A program made the translations under genes and the position numbers. From Chrysemys picta bellii (lineage: Eukaryota), in assembly GCF_011386835.1 (NCBI RefSeq), contig NC_088800.1, forward strand, positions 52,328,001 through 52,392,000: a stretch of DNA of 64,000 bases, in the 5' to 3' direction. The stretch's first letter is position 1, and the number at the start of each line of letters is the position of its first letter. The notes under the pieces are model-generated. The model was not told the origin of the DNA. It was given only the letters and a program-made list of their open reading frames with translations, and searched no databases. Shown here in pieces: positions 61,543 to 64,000 of this stretch.

Positions 61543-63867
61543 ATCATAGAATATCAGGGTTGGAAGGGACCTCAGGAGGTCATCTAGTCCAACCCCCTGC
61601 TCAAAGCAGGACCAATTCCCAACTAAATCATCCCAGCCAGGGCTTTGTCAAGCCGGGCCTAAAAAACCTCTAAGGAAGGAGATTCCACCACCTCCCTAGG
61701 TAAAGCATTCCAGTGCTTCACCACCCTCCTAGTGAAAAAGTTTTTCCTAATATCCAACCTAGACCTCCCCCACTGCAACTTGAGACCATTACTCCTTGTT
61801 CTGTCATCTGCCACCACTGAGAACAGCTGAGCTCCATCCTCTTTGGAACCTCCCCCCCCCCTCAGGTAGTTGAAAGCAGCTATCAAATCCCCCCTCATTC
61901 TTCTCTTCTGGAGACTAAACAATCCCAGTTCCCTCAGCCTCTCCTCATAAGTCATGTGCTCCAGCCTCCTAATCATTTTTGTTGCCCTCCATTGGACTCT
62001 TTCCAATTTTTCCACATTCTTCTTGTAGTGTGGGGCCCAAAACTGGACACAGTGCTCCAGATGAGGCCTCACCAACGTCGAATAAAAGGGGACGATCACA
62101 TTCCTCGATCTGCTGGCAATGCTCCTACTTATACAGCCCAAAATGCCGTTAGCCTTCTTGGCAACAAGAGCACACTGTTGACTCATATCCAGCTTCTCGT
62201 CCACTGTGACCCCTAGATCCTTTTCTGTAGAACTGCTACCTAGCCATTCGGTCCCTAGTCTGTAGCAGTGCATGGGATTCTTCCGTCCTAAGTGCAGGAC
62301 TCTGCACTTGTCCTTGTTGAACCTCATCAGGTTTTTTTTGCCCAATCCTCTAATTTGTCTAGGTCCCTCTGTATCCGATCCCTACCCTCCAGCGTATCTA
62401 CCACGCCTCCCAGTTTAGTGTCATCTGCAAACTTGCTGAGAGTGCAGTCCACACCATCCTCCAGATCATTAATAAAGACATTAAACAAAACCGGTCCCAG
62501 GACCGACCCCTGGGGCACTCCGCTCGAAACCGGCTGCCAACTAGACATGGAACCATTGATCACTACCCGTTGAGTCCGACGAACTAGCCAACTTTCTATC
62601 CACCTTATGGTCCATTCATCCAGCCCATACTTCTTTAACTTGGCGGCAAGAATACTGTGGGAGACCGTATCAAAAGCTTTGCTAAAGTCAAGGAAGAACA
62701 CATCCACTGCTTTCCCCTCATCCACAGAGCCAGTTATCTCATCATAGAAGGCAATTAGGTTAGTCAGGCACGACTTCCCCTTGGTGAATCCATGCTGACT
62801 GTTCCTGATCACTTTCCTCTCCTCTAAGTGTTTCATAATTGATTCCTTGAGGACCTGCTTCATGATTTTTCCAGGGACTGAGGTGAGGCTGACTGGCCTG
62901 TAGATCCCCGGATCCTCCTCCTTCCCTTTTTTAAAGATGGGCACTACATTAGCCTTTTTCCAGTCATCCGGGACCTCCCCCGATCGCCATGAGTTTTCAA
63001 AAATAATGGCTAATGGCTCTGCAATCTCATCCACGAACTCCTTTAGCACCCTCGGATGCAGCGCATCCGGCCCCATGGACTTGTGCACATCCAGTTTTTC
63101 TAAATAGTCCTGAACCACTTCTTTCTCCACAGAGGGCTGGTCACCTTCTCCCCATACTGTGCTGCCTAGTGCAGCAGTCTGGGAGCTGACCTTGTTCGTG
63201 AAGACAGAGGCAAAAAAATCATAGAGTACATTAGCTTTTTCCACATCCTCAGTCACTAGGTTGCCTCCCTCATTCAGTAAGGGGCCCACACTTTCCTTGA
63301 CTTTCTTCTTGTTGCTAACATACCTGAAGAAACCCTTCTTGTTACTCTTAACATCTCTTGCTAGCTGCAACTCCAAGTGTGATTTGGCCTTCCTGATTTC
63401 ACTCCTGCATGCCTGAGCAATATTTTTATACTCCTCCCTGGTCATTTGTCCAATCTTCCACTTCTTGTAAGCTTCTTTTTTGCGTTTAAGATCAGCAAGG
63501 ATTTCACTGTTTAGCCAAGCTGGTCGCCTGCCATATTTACTATTCTTTCTACACATCGGGATGGTTTGTTCCTGCAACCGCAATAAGGATTCTTTAAAAT
63601 ACAGCCGGCTCTCCTGGACCCCTTTGCCCTTCATGTTATTCTCCCAGGGGATCCTGCCCATCTGTTCCCTGAGGGAGTCAAAGTCAGCTTTTCTGAAGTC
63701 CAAGGTCCGTATTCTGCTGCTCTCCTTTCTTCCATGTGTCAGGATTCTGAACTCGACCATCTCATGGTCACTGCCTCCCAGGTTCCCATCCACTTTTGCT
63801 TCCCCTACTAATTCTTCCCTGTTTGTGAGCAGCAGGTCAAGAAAAGCTCTGCCCCTAGTTGGTTCCT
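61543..63867 (-). mobile_element. 5'-truncated young CR1 LINE (~2.3 kb) encoding a reverse transcriptase domain with one frameshift
   Basis: [30 protein letters not shown] and FADD motifs in ORF 62327-63937; continues in ORF 61659-62345 after an indel in the T-run at 62331-62340; CR1 tail at 61543. Confidence 0.96.
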
Positions 63868-64000
63868 CGCATGGGTGCAGCTGGATCAGTGGATGAACAG
63901 AAGGCGCAATATTTGGAGGAGGAAGGAAATGATACAACTTAAACTAGCTTGAAATCACTAAAGGCTGAGGCCAGGGCCCTCTAAGACATGGACTCCAAGA

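Overview
Vertebrate genomic DNA, very likely turtle: tortoise-type tRNA-derived SINEs with CR1 tails, CR1 LINEs and Penelope-like elements (PLEs). One gene is supported: RAB11FIP3 on the minus strand, with 11 consecutive internal coding exons (37539 down to 1154; 1416 nt = 472 codons). All introns are GT-AG and all phases are consistent. The EF-hand 5' exons lie beyond 64000 and the terminal exon lies left of position 1. The rest is intron, densely filled with transposons whose ends and target-site duplications (TSDs) can be read directly: 10 hAT-type MITEs, 2 solo LTRs with 5-bp TSDs plus an LTR fragment, 2 CR1 3' fragments, 2 SINEs, Harbinger-like MITEs and MIR/L2 relics. The most unusual signals are: (1) PLE termini carrying minimal hammerhead-ribozyme motifs, often in inverted arrangements, including a near-perfect ~685-bp palindrome and an element with an intact GIY-YIG ORF; (2) long GC-rich foldback hAT elements nested in LTRs; (3) several unannotated exon-like segments; (4) an unexplained ~100-bp direct repeat at 53.5/55.7 kb. 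There are no prokaryotic features, no CRISPR arrays, and no rRNA or true tRNA genes. All comparisons to known sequences are from recall, not database searches.
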